A DNA stretch of 64,000 bases, from the NCBI GenBank assembly GCA_038206175.1, contig JBBRBE010000002.1:12966-76965 (forward strand), given 5' to 3'. Origin of the DNA: Chloroflexia bacterium (lineage in GTDB: Bacteria > Chloroflexota > Chloroflexia > Chloroheliales > Chloroheliaceae). Below are positions 28,668 to 38,448 of this stretch, one piece after another. Below the pieces are notes generated by a model that made no database searches, was not told the DNA's origin, and saw only the letters and a list, made by a program, of their open reading frames with translations. Each line of letters begins with the position of its first letter. The stretch's first letter is position 1. A program made the translations under genes and the position numbers.

Positions 28668-29096
28668 TCAGGCCGCTTGAATAGCTTGCTCAACCGCCTG
28701 GAGCAGAGCGGTCAAGCCTCCTCCCGCGCCGCCCTTTGATACGGCGGCGAAGAAATGCAAAGCCCGGTTGGTGCGGGCTTGCTCGACCAGTTTGTCATCA
28801 TTCGAGTACAAAATAAACTTGCATTCTTCGGGCAGGCCGCTTTGCCGCAGCCAGCTAACCAGACCAAGCGGGGTCATATCGTAAAGTTGCCGCCCCTCTT
28901 TATCCAGTAACACATTATGGCCGTCCAGAATAAATATAGCTGGTGAACCGAATTTCTGACGCAAGCCTTGCAAACGGCTCGTCATTTCTTCAGCCCGGCT
29001 GGTATCGAGCGTGTAGACGGTATAGCCCCGTGCCGTCAGAGCCTTATGAACCAGTTCGCGGGCCAGTTCTTCATCGTCTCCGAATAGAATGTACAT
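28668..29096 (-). CDS. stand-alone atypical receiver-domain protein (paralog 1)
   Basis: ILFGDDE, FILDGHN, LYSNDD, AVSK. Confidence 0.8.
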   Translation of the reverse strand: MYILFGDDEELARELVHKALTARGYTVYTLDTSRAEEMTSRLQGLRQKFGSPAIFILDGHNVLLDKEGRQLYDMTPLGLVSWLRQSGLPEECKFILYSNDDKLVEQARTNRALHFFAAVSKGGAGGGLTALLQAVEQAIQAA

Positions 29097-29389
29097 CTTA
29101 AATAAAGTCCTAGTCTAAAGTTCCTTACTGATTATACTGCGTATAAAAATGATCGCCCGTTCTTCTTAGCTACCACACTATCAATTCGCGTGACGATTTT
29201 AATCGTTTCCAAACCTGACGACTAAAATTGCACTGCAATACTTGGTTGGGCTGGAAGCGAGAGGCACCGCTTCCGGTATATTTGTTAACAAATATAGCTC
29301 AGGGCTACAAGGGTGACTAACACTTACCCAAATTAGTACAACCAGATATAATAGATTTATTATAGCATTTTTTATCTCAAAAACCAGTC

Positions 29390-30598
29390 TCAACCATTAA
29401 GATAGGTTAAAACTGTTTTGAGGTAAACCTGCGCCACCGGCAGCAGGCTGTCAACTTCGATATATTCGTTCGAGGCGTGGATACCACCGGCGGCGGCTCC
29501 GAAACCGTTGACCGTATCTATACCCCGGTTGCCCACCACATTACCAATATTGCTCGGCCCACTGGCAACTAAGCCGACCTTGCGGCCTAGAATTTCCTCG
29601 GCCTGGGCCTGCAAAATCTGCACAATCGGGCTATCGCCAGGGCTGGCGTAAGCCGGTTCGTACTGGTATGGCTGTATTTCGATGTTTGAGGCCAGCGTTT
29701 CGGCTCCCAGCCCCTTTTCCAGAGCCGTCCGAATTTCGGCGAGCACCCCTTCCTGGGTCTGGCCCGGCACTAGCCGAATGTCTACCGCGCTTTCGCATTG
29801 CTCCGGCACCACGTTAATCGCGGCACCGCCACTAATTTGAGCTACCGTCAGGCGCGGGCCAAACCAGAAAAGGTCGGAAGGGCTATAGCTCATCTGCAAT
29901 TCTTCCAGAGCTACAACTGCTCGTGCCATCAGGCTGATTGCGTTGGCGTATTGCTCTTTCGTCCGCTTTCCGGTATGCGCACTCTGCCCGGTCGTGCGCA
30001 GGCGTAAGCGCAAGAAACCACGTGCCGCGATAGCAATTTCGGTATTGCCAGGATAGCCAATAATACAGGCGTCTACTGACCCGACCTTTTCCAGCAAAGT
30101 TTTGATGCCGGTAAAAGCTCCGCCCTGTTCATCGGCGTCAAAGCCCAGCACGAGGTTGCCGTCGAGAGTAGCCCCGGTTTGACGCAGAGCCGCGGCCAGG
30201 AAAACAAACACGGCAATCGCCGCTTTGCAGTCGGCCACCCCTCGCCCGTACATGCGGCCTTCCTCGACCACGGCTCCGAAAGGATCGTGCCGCCAGTTGG
30301 CCCGGTCGCCAGCCACGACCGTATCGAGGGGTGCTTCCAGCCAGAGGGTGGGCCGCCCGAACTGGCGCGGAGCAAACTGGCATAGCACCGAGGGCCGGGC
30401 TGGATCGCCCACAAGCTGCGGCCCGAACCCAAATTCGATCAGCTTCTGACTGATTAAACGAGCCAGGGCTTCTTCGGTATCAACCCCGTTCTGGCTGGGC
30501 ATTGCAACCAGTTGGCTCAGGAAAGCTTGCATGTGGTCGGCCTGGGCCGTTAGCCAGGCCAGACCTGCTTTATATTGCTCTTGAGAATTGTTTAACAT
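29390..30598 (-). CDS. M20/ArgE/DapE-family metallohydrolase homolog with degenerate metal ligands
   Basis: GRMYGRGVADCK, GQSAHTG, GGAAINVVPE, IHASNEY. Probable start ATG 30598 (track 30676). Confidence 0.85.
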   Translation of the reverse strand: MLNNSQEQYKAGLAWLTAQADHMQAFLSQLVAMPSQNGVDTEEALARLISQKLIEFGFGPQLVGDPARPSVLCQFAPRQFGRPTLWLEAPLDTVVAGDRANWRHDPFGAVVEEGRMYGRGVADCKAAIAVFVFLAAALRQTGATLDGNLVLGFDADEQGGAFTGIKTLLEKVGSVDACIIGYPGNTEIAIAARGFLRLRLRTTGQSAHTGKRTKEQYANAISLMARAVVALEELQMSYSPSDLFWFGPRLTVAQISGGAAINVVPEQCESAVDIRLVPGQTQEGVLAEIRTALEKGLGAETLASNIEIQPYQYEPAYASPGDSPIVQILQAQAEEILGRKVGLVASGPSNIGNVVGNRGIDTVNGFGAAAGGIHASNEYIEVDSLLPVAQVYLKTVLTYLNG

Positions 30599-31025
30599 TT
30601 TTCCACTCACCCAAACTAACCAGGAAACCCAATAAATATTGTACTTAATATAGCATACTGGCGACTTGATTTCCATAAAAATATGCTATTATAGGGCTGA
30701 ACAGTTTTTTAATTTTAATAGTGCTTCATTTTAACTTGCTGGTGGAATTGAATCTAAAAAACTGTAATCTGGTGATGTCTTGATTTGAAAGGTTAGGCCG
30801 GTTTGGGTAGCGGAACAATCGGTTTGTCCCGGCTAATGATTAAGATTTGTCCGGCGGTCTTAAATAAATTCAATCTGGCAAAGTATCTGTTTCTTGCAAC
30901 GTTCTGCTCTGCTTCCTGGCAACTCTCCCCTCTAGCCTGCTACTGAATTTAGAGGTAACAGCCTTTCGTGCAATTCAGGGTTGGTGCGGCTGCTCTACTT
31001 AAACCGATAGAGCCAATAATAACTT

Positions 31026-32246
31026 ATGAACACTTGTGTTCGTTCAATTGAATTAAGCGACGACCTGACCGACCTGACCGACCTGAGCGGTTACGCCGAA
31101 GTATTGGTGCTGGTGAAACAGCAGGGCTACCCGGTTGGATGCGTGCGGTTAGACTGTGCCGAAGGTTGGGTGCCACTGTCCCGGCTCAAGGAGACTATCG
31201 GCAGCGACCCGGTTATCGGGTCGAACCTGGCCCAAAGGGGATTGCGGCGGTGGTTCGAGCTGCCCGAAGAAGTCGGTAGCGAACCCCTACCGAGTTGGAG
31301 TGTGATCGTTTGCACCCGCAACCGCCCCGAACACCTGAGCCGGTGCCTGGCTTCAATCGTGCGCCTGGCCGCTTCGGACGGGGAGATTATCGTGGTGGAA
31401 AACGCCCCGACCGTCGATTGCACTGCCCGCGTGGTCGCTCAGTTCCCCCAGGTGCGCTACCTGGTTGAACCAATCCCAGGGGTAAACTGGGCGCGTAAAT
31501 GCGGCGCGGAAGGAGCCAGGGGCGAGGTGCTGCTCTACACCGATGACGACGTAGAGGTGGATCAGGGCTGGATTGACGGATTACGCCGCCCTTTTCGGGA
31601 TCGGCGGGTGGCGATTGTCACCGGGCTGGTGATGCCTGCCGTGTTGGACACCCCTTCCCAGGAGATTTTCGAGCGGTACTACTCTTTCAGCCGGGGCTTT
31701 ACCCGCCGGGAGTTTAGCCTGGCAAACCTGATGCCGGTAGATACTCATCCGCTTGGAGTAGGCGCGAATATGGCTCTGCGCCGTGAGCCGGTAGTGCGGT
31801 TGGGCCTGTTTGGGCCGGAGTTAGGGCCGGGGACGCCTGCGGGCGCGGGCGAAGAAAGTTACGCCTTCTACCGTCTGCTGTGTCTGGGCTACCGGGCCGT
31901 TTACACTCCCGAAGCTCTGGCCTGGCATCATCATCGGCCTGGCTCTGCTGACCTGACCAGAACTTTACACAGCTACAACACCGGGTTTTTGTCCATGCTG
32001 TTGCGTTGCATCTTCAAGGATGGCGATGGACAGGCTTTGACCATGCTTGGCTGGATGTTGCGGCACCGCCTGTGGCACAGTCTCAAACCGTTTGGCTCCC
32101 GGCCCTCCCACGCTCCACCCCTCGGTCTGGCCCTGGTCGAGGCCCGCGGAACGCTGGCGGCTCCCTGGGCTTACTGGCGTAGCCGCCGACGCGAACGGCG
32201 ATTGGCCGCCACTTCTAGCGCAATCAAACCTTCGGAGGGAGCTTGA
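31026..32246 (+). CDS. GT2 glycosyltransferase
   Basis: SVIVCTRNR, VVENAP, YTDDD, GANMALRR, AWHHH. Confidence 0.92.
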   Translation: MNTCVRSIELSDDLTDLTDLSGYAEVLVLVKQQGYPVGCVRLDCAEGWVPLSRLKETIGSDPVIGSNLAQRGLRRWFELPEEVGSEPLPSWSVIVCTRNRPEHLSRCLASIVRLAASDGEIIVVENAPTVDCTARVVAQFPQVRYLVEPIPGVNWARKCGAEGARGEVLLYTDDDVEVDQGWIDGLRRPFRDRRVAIVTGLVMPAVLDTPSQEIFERYYSFSRGFTRREFSLANLMPVDTHPLGVGANMALRREPVVRLGLFGPELGPGTPAGAGEESYAFYRLLCLGYRAVYTPEALAWHHHRPGSADLTRTLHSYNTGFLSMLLRCIFKDGDGQALTMLGWMLRHRLWHSLKPFGSRPSHAPPLGLALVEARGTLAAPWAYWRSRRRERRLAATSSAIKPSEGA

Positions 32247-34807
32247 TGTCCACTCAGATCAGCCTTATTGTGAGGACTGGCGGGTTGCAGGCGTCTTTAA
32301 TAGGGTTGCTGGATGGTCTGGCCCGCCAGAGCCTGGCCCCGACCAGTTACGAGTTGTTGCTGGTGGCAGAGGAGCAGGTTTCTAACTTGAAGTCCTGGCT
32401 CCAGGGTCTGGCCTTGCCTTACTCCTGGCGCGTGGTCGAAGAGGCTGCGAAAGGCCCGGTAGCAGCCCTAAACGCGGCTGCCGAGGCCGCGCTCTACCCG
32501 ACCCTGTTATTCCTGGACGAGCGACTAGAGCCAGGCTCCCGCTTGGTCGAAGCTCATTTGAAAGCTCAGGCCGAAGCCGGGCCGGGTGAAAGCGTGGTGC
32601 TGGGCTATTTCTCGCCCTCACCTGCCGGTAATACGACCGACTCGCTCGCTTTGCTGGACGATCTGAGCCAGACCGACCGACTGCTGGCTCTGGCACGTCC
32701 GGCCCACCGCCTGACCTTCCAGGATTTAGCTTCGCCAGATTTTTCGTTGCCTGTGAGTTTGTTCAAGCGCATCGGCGGTTTCGATCCTCGTTTTGCCGGG
32801 CCGCGTGGCCCTGAAATCGAGTTAGGGGTACGCTTGCTTGAAGCCGGAACTCTCTTTCGAGCCGTGCCGGTCGAGGCTAACTGGCAACCGGCCCGACCGA
32901 CCCTGGCTCGGCGGCTACAACTGCATCGGGCGACCGGACGAGATGAGATGATGCTTTGCCACAAGCACCCCCAATTGCTAGGCTGCTTTAAACTGAGTCA
33001 GGCTCCGCAGGGCGGTTGGTGGGGCCGGTTGTGGAACTGGCTGTGGCGTCGTCCCTGGCTGGCGGTTCTGGTGAGCGGTTTGCTTTTGCGGCTCTTGCAC
33101 TTTATCCGACCCTCTAAACTCCGCCGCACGATAGGTCGTCTCAACGCAGTTCTGGCCGACTATCACTACTGGTTGGGGGTACGCGATGTCGTGGGGACTT
33201 ATCCCAAATGGAAGGCTACTATTGAGAGTCTATCCAACCAGCAAAAAGCTTACAATACTCTGACGCTCGAACTTTCCACCGAACTTCCCCACCTCCAAGC
33301 CTGGTTGCAACCTGCGCCACCCGACGCGCTCGAAATGCTTTACCGGGGTCAGCCGCTCGTGCGGCTCGAAGTCCAGCCCGGAGCCGAACCGCTTCGTCCA
33401 ATCCATGTGCGCGAGTTTTTGGCGCAGCACCTGAGCCTGGAAATGGTCGCCTGCCTGGTTGAGGATTATCCTGAACTAAACGGTTTTCTCCCTCTGCCAC
33501 TGAGAATAGAGCCAATTTCCCCGGTCGTAGAGCCGCCCTCTTCCCCGGAGGGGCCGGTTTTCCATAGCTTGCCCTCCCTGGAAGAGGTCGCTTTTAAAGT
33601 TTACGTCACCGAATATCGGCTGGGACAGCCTTTTGCAGTGGTAGAAGGTCTGGAAGGTTATGAGCAAGCCTGGGTTCTGGTGCGGCAGGGTCGTCAACCG
33701 CTGGGAGTGGTGCCGGTAGATTTGGCGAGAGTAAGGCCCAGGCTGACCGGAGCAGCTATCGAAAGAGCGATCAAGCTTCACTCGGCCCGGCTTGTGTCTC
33801 CTGCCCCGCCCGCCTCGGTAAGCCCGCCGCCACCGATAAGCGTAATTGTATGCACCCGCGACCGCCCGGTTTCCCTCGCTCTGTGCCTGGCTTCGCTTGC
33901 CCGCCTCAATTACCCTCAATTCGAGGTAGTAGTGGTTGACAACGCCCCAGGCGACGAGGCTTCCCGCCAGGTGGTAGAGGCGACGACTTTTCGCTATGTG
34001 CGGGAAGACCGGCCTGGCATTGGACGGGCGCGAAACCGGGGCGTAGCCGAAGCTTGCCACGATTTGCTGGCCTTCGTAGATGATGACGTGCAGGTAGACC
34101 CGGACTGGTTGCAGGGGTTTGCTCAGGCTTTCGCCAGGCCAGGCGTCGCTGCTGTCACCGGCCTGATTATGCCTCTGGAACTGGAAACTCCGGCGCAGCA
34201 TTGGTTCGAGCAGTACGGCGGAATGAGCCGGGGAATGACGACCCGCTACTATAATCGCCGCAAAATGACCGGTCTGGATTTGATTGCTACCTATAACCTC
34301 GGTACGAGCGCGAACCTGGCGGTGCGGCGCGAGGTTTATAGAGCCGTGGGTGGTTTCGATTTGTCTTTTGTTACGGCGGAAGACCTCGATTTGTTCCATC
34401 GCTTGCTGGCCGCAGGCTATACCATGTGCTACGAACCGTCTGCCCTGGTCTGGCACCGACACCGGCGCGACTTCAAAGCACTGCAACGTCAGTTATACTT
34501 TTACGGGCGGGGTTTTGGAGTTTACCTTTTGACGCTCTGGCGCAATTATCCCGACGAGCGGGCCAGCGTCTTGCGCTACGGACTGGAACACTGGATTCTC
34601 TATAGTCTTTTCCGGCGGCTAAAGAAAAGCCTGACTCGTTCTTCGCGCTATCCGCTTCGGTTGGCCTGGGCCGAATTTCGAGGTGCGCTGGCCGCACCCC
34701 TGGCCTACCGGCAAGCTCGCCTTCAAGCCCGAACCGACCCTTCCCTTTCCACTTCAACCCCGGCCCAGCCCGCCCGCCCGGAGCAAGCGGCAACCCTGAA
34801 AGTTTGA
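32243..34807 (+). CDS. two-domain GT2 glycosyltransferase
   Basis: Divergent N-terminal GT2 plus C-terminal GT2 (SVIVCTRDR, VVDNAP, FVDDD, AEDLDL, VWHRHR); overlaps the upstream stop (TGATG). Confidence 0.9.
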   Translation: MMSTQISLIVRTGGLQASLIGLLDGLARQSLAPTSYELLLVAEEQVSNLKSWLQGLALPYSWRVVEEAAKGPVAALNAAAEAALYPTLLFLDERLEPGSRLVEAHLKAQAEAGPGESVVLGYFSPSPAGNTTDSLALLDDLSQTDRLLALARPAHRLTFQDLASPDFSLPVSLFKRIGGFDPRFAGPRGPEIELGVRLLEAGTLFRAVPVEANWQPARPTLARRLQLHRATGRDEMMLCHKHPQLLGCFKLSQAPQGGWWGRLWNWLWRRPWLAVLVSGLLLRLLHFIRPSKLRRTIGRLNAVLADYHYWLGVRDVVGTYPKWKATIESLSNQQKAYNTLTLELSTELPHLQAWLQPAPPDALEMLYRGQPLVRLEVQPGAEPLRPIHVREFLAQHLSLEMVACLVEDYPELNGFLPLPLRIEPISPVVEPPSSPEGPVFHSLPSLEEVAFKVYVTEYRLGQPFAVVEGLEGYEQAWVLVRQGRQPLGVVPVDLARVRPRLTGAAIERAIKLHSARLVSPAPPASVSPPPPISVIVCTRDRPVSLALCLASLARLNYPQFEVVVVDNAPGDEASRQVVEATTFRYVREDRPGIGRARNRGVAEACHDLLAFVDDDVQVDPDWLQGFAQAFARPGVAAVTGLIMPLELETPAQHWFEQYGGMSRGMTTRYYNRRKMTGLDLIATYNLGTSANLAVRREVYRAVGGFDLSFVTAEDLDLFHRLLAAGYTMCYEPSALVWHRHRRDFKALQRQLYFYGRGFGVYLLTLWRNYPDERASVLRYGLEHWILYSLFRRLKKSLTRSSRYPLRLAWAEFRGALAAPLAYRQARLQARTDPSLSTSTPAQPARPEQAATLKV

Positions 34808-34840
34808 AATTTAGCCCAGGTACTACTTAGCTTCAAAAAC

Positions 34841-34872
34841 AAAAAGAGCCGGGCGATTGCCCGGTTCTTTTT
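34841..34872. terminator. bidirectional intrinsic terminator
   Basis: AAAAAGAGCCGGGC-gatt-GCCCGGTTCTTTTT between convergent genes. Confidence 0.85.
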
Positions 34873-34895
34873 AGGTTATCAGGCTCTTTTAGCCG

Positions 34896-36233
34896 CTAGT
34901 TAAACTTGACCTGTAAGCTTTTAACGATAGTCTGGAAATCGGCATCGTACTTGTCGAGCAAGTCCTGGATGGTGGAAGCTTTGGGGCTGAGGCTGAGAAC
35001 CGAGACGATTGCGTGTGGCCCGCTACGGCTGAACAGCACGATCCCGCGAGATTGCACCTGTCCGGCGAAGTCGCGGGCGGTGAAAGGGGCGCGGTAGAGT
35101 TGGTTGGTGAGAACTACGTCCCCTAGCGTGACGGTGGCTCCGTAAGCTTTGAGTGGCCCATCGAGCAAGGCTGCCGAAATCGGCTCATAGAAACGCCGCC
35201 ATTCTTCCACCGATGGCCCGGCGGCGGGCAAGGTGTCCCGGTAGACCAGGAATTGCATTAGGGCCTGGCGGGTGGTGCGGTCTACTTCGGGCGACTCAAG
35301 ATAAAGAGCCGGGGCCGCCGGAGCGGGCAGATTTGCGTTAGCCTTAGTCGGGGTTGCAAGGGGCGTCGTACCGGGTAGGGGTGTGGTCGGAACTGTTATG
35401 GCCGGAACCAGGAAGGGGCGCAACCGCCAGGTGTAATCGTAGGGGAAAGTGCCGGTGACGACGGGCTGTTTAGCCGACGCACTCAAAGGCGGGCTTTGCC
35501 ACTCGACCAGTCGCAACTGGCGGCCTTTGATCTCGCGGGCGTTGGCCGGGCGAATAATTCCACCTGCGTTGGCTGCCAGCACGGTCGGGTCTGCCAGACC
35601 CGACTCGCCGCTAACCTGGGGTACCTCGGTGGCGGTCGAGCTAAAGTTTTTGAAGCAGTAATTGAAAATTGCCTGGAAAGTTGCGTTATCTTTGGCTGGA
35701 GTTGCCGCGTAAATTACGTAAGCTCGTTCGGCCCTGACATTGTTGGCTTGCAAAATGTACTGAAGTTCTTCTACTCCTTCGGCGTTGGTATAGCTGAGGC
35801 GGTCAATGCTGATGGTTGTATCTACCAGGGTAACGGTGCCGCCGCCGCCTTTGTCTACTTTGAGGGCAGGGTATTTCTTCTTCTCGCCGTCCACTCGCTC
35901 TTCCAGCACCCGTTGCGAATCGGGGGTAAGTTTGCCCACCCGCCGCGAGATAAAGCCGATGCGGAGTACCTCGCTGCCGTTTTGTTTGTACTGCACGTGG
36001 GTAGCCGGTTCGACCACTGCTCTTTGCCAGTTGCTGGGTACGCTGGCGGTAAAGAAAAGCTCTGGTTCGGTGACAAGTTGATAATCCGGGGCCGGGGTCG
36101 CGGTGGGTAGTACCGGGGTTGGGCTATCGCCACAGGCCGCCAGCAATAGAAGGGTCGCCAGCAGGCTAACCAGCCAGGCGGCAGCGAAGCTATTCCGAGG
36201 ATGCAAAAACTTATTTTTAGCCGAGAATAACAT
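34896..36233 (-). CDS. putative lipoprotein, unknown function
   Basis: Signal peptide ending LLLAACG (lipobox), P/T-rich linkers, two globular halves. Confidence 0.8.
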   Translation of the reverse strand: MLFSAKNKFLHPRNSFAAAWLVSLLATLLLLAACGDSPTPVLPTATPAPDYQLVTEPELFFTASVPSNWQRAVVEPATHVQYKQNGSEVLRIGFISRRVGKLTPDSQRVLEERVDGEKKKYPALKVDKGGGGTVTLVDTTISIDRLSYTNAEGVEELQYILQANNVRAERAYVIYAATPAKDNATFQAIFNYCFKNFSSTATEVPQVSGESGLADPTVLAANAGGIIRPANAREIKGRQLRLVEWQSPPLSASAKQPVVTGTFPYDYTWRLRPFLVPAITVPTTPLPGTTPLATPTKANANLPAPAAPALYLESPEVDRTTRQALMQFLVYRDTLPAAGPSVEEWRRFYEPISAALLDGPLKAYGATVTLGDVVLTNQLYRAPFTARDFAGQVQSRGIVLFSRSGPHAIVSVLSLSPKASTIQDLLDKYDADFQTIVKSLQVKFN

Positions 36234-36384
36234 GAACGGAGTTCCTCCTCGATGGCCGTCCGGTGGAGCGGGCGCGGCCTGGTATCCCGAAAGGTAAATT
36301 AAAGACTAAGTAAGATTATGTTAATGATAGCTCAACTTTCCATAATAGGCAATAGTCAAAAAGGCCCGGCTCCTCAAAAAATCC

Positions 36385-36491
36385 TTGAGCGGCTAATCCG
36401 CAGGGTTAGAGATATTTTATCAAGCAAAGGCCGGGCGGTCGAGCGGCCAATCAGGTCTTTATCTTTGTGAAATTTTTAGGCAATTGTTAAG
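36385..36491. repeat. dispersed ~105-bp intergenic repeat, copy 1
   Basis: Core 36427-36459 matches 56545-56577 at 31/33; flanks TTGAGCGGC and GCAATTGTTAAG are also shared. Confidence 0.8.
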
Positions 36492-36535
36492 TTAGTAGGT
36501 TTTTTTTGAAAGCTGGCCGACCTAATACTTCAAAC

Positions 36536-37012
36536 CTAAAACTTCAATCCTAAAATTTCTTTGATGACACTCACCACCAGGCGATGATCTTCTTCCTGGG
36601 GCAGGCCGGAGACGGTAATTGTACCGACTACCCCGACGTTTTTGATAATGACCGGGAAGGCTCCGCCGTGAGCGGCATATTCGAGCGGACTGAGGTTGGT
36701 CTTTTCCTCGAAAAGAGTGTTGCGGCTTTTGTAGTAGATACCCATGTAGAAAGAGCTATGGTTGAAGCGATTGACTACCCGGTTTTTACGCTTGATCCAA
36801 TCGTCGTTGTCGGGGGCGGTGCCGGGCAGGGCGCAGTGAAAAAGCTGCTGCCCGTTGCGGCAAATATCAACCGTGATGGATTGGCCCTGTTCGCGGGCCA
36901 GTTCGACCAGTCGGGTACCTACCTTATAAGCTGTGTCGTTGTCGAACTGGCTAAATTGCAAAACCTCTTCTTCTTTTTGGAGGCTTCCGAGCAATTCCTT
37001 GTAATCTTCCAT
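36536..37012 (-). CDS. UPF0303 / HbpS-GlcG-like heme-degrading domain protein
   Basis: QFSQFDNDTAY, NDDWIKRK, YAAHGGAFP, TVSGLPQEEDH. Confidence 0.9.
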   Translation of the reverse strand: MEDYKELLGSLQKEEEVLQFSQFDNDTAYKVGTRLVELAREQGQSITVDICRNGQQLFHCALPGTAPDNDDWIKRKNRVVNRFNHSSFYMGIYYKSRNTLFEEKTNLSPLEYAAHGGAFPVIIKNVGVVGTITVSGLPQEEDHRLVVSVIKEILGLKF

Positions 37013-37052
37013 GTTGGCTGGGTTCCCCTCTTCTCGTTTTGTTCTTATCCTT

Positions 37053-38271
<1,219 letters not shown>

Positions 38272-38448
38272 AATAAAAGCTGTCTTAATTTGCCTTATTG
38301 TACTATTGTAGCAGTTTGGCTGATGTGCGTCCACGCGGCCCATTCTAGGCCGGGGCCGGGGAAATGCCTTTACCGCCACTGTCTGGCCTGTGCTATACTG
38401 ACCCCGGCGAGTAAACTCTAGCTTTTAGTAAGGAGAAAATCAGCTTCT

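Noticed and set aside
29199-29393. 64-aa ORF between the M20 gene and the receiver genes
   Set aside because: AT-rich promoter region, no RBS or motif; likely chance.
31063-31089. 9-bp coding tandem repeat (GACCTGACC, DLT-DLT-DLS) as a phase-variation tract
   Set aside because: The unit is a multiple of 3, so slippage would not switch the gene on or off.
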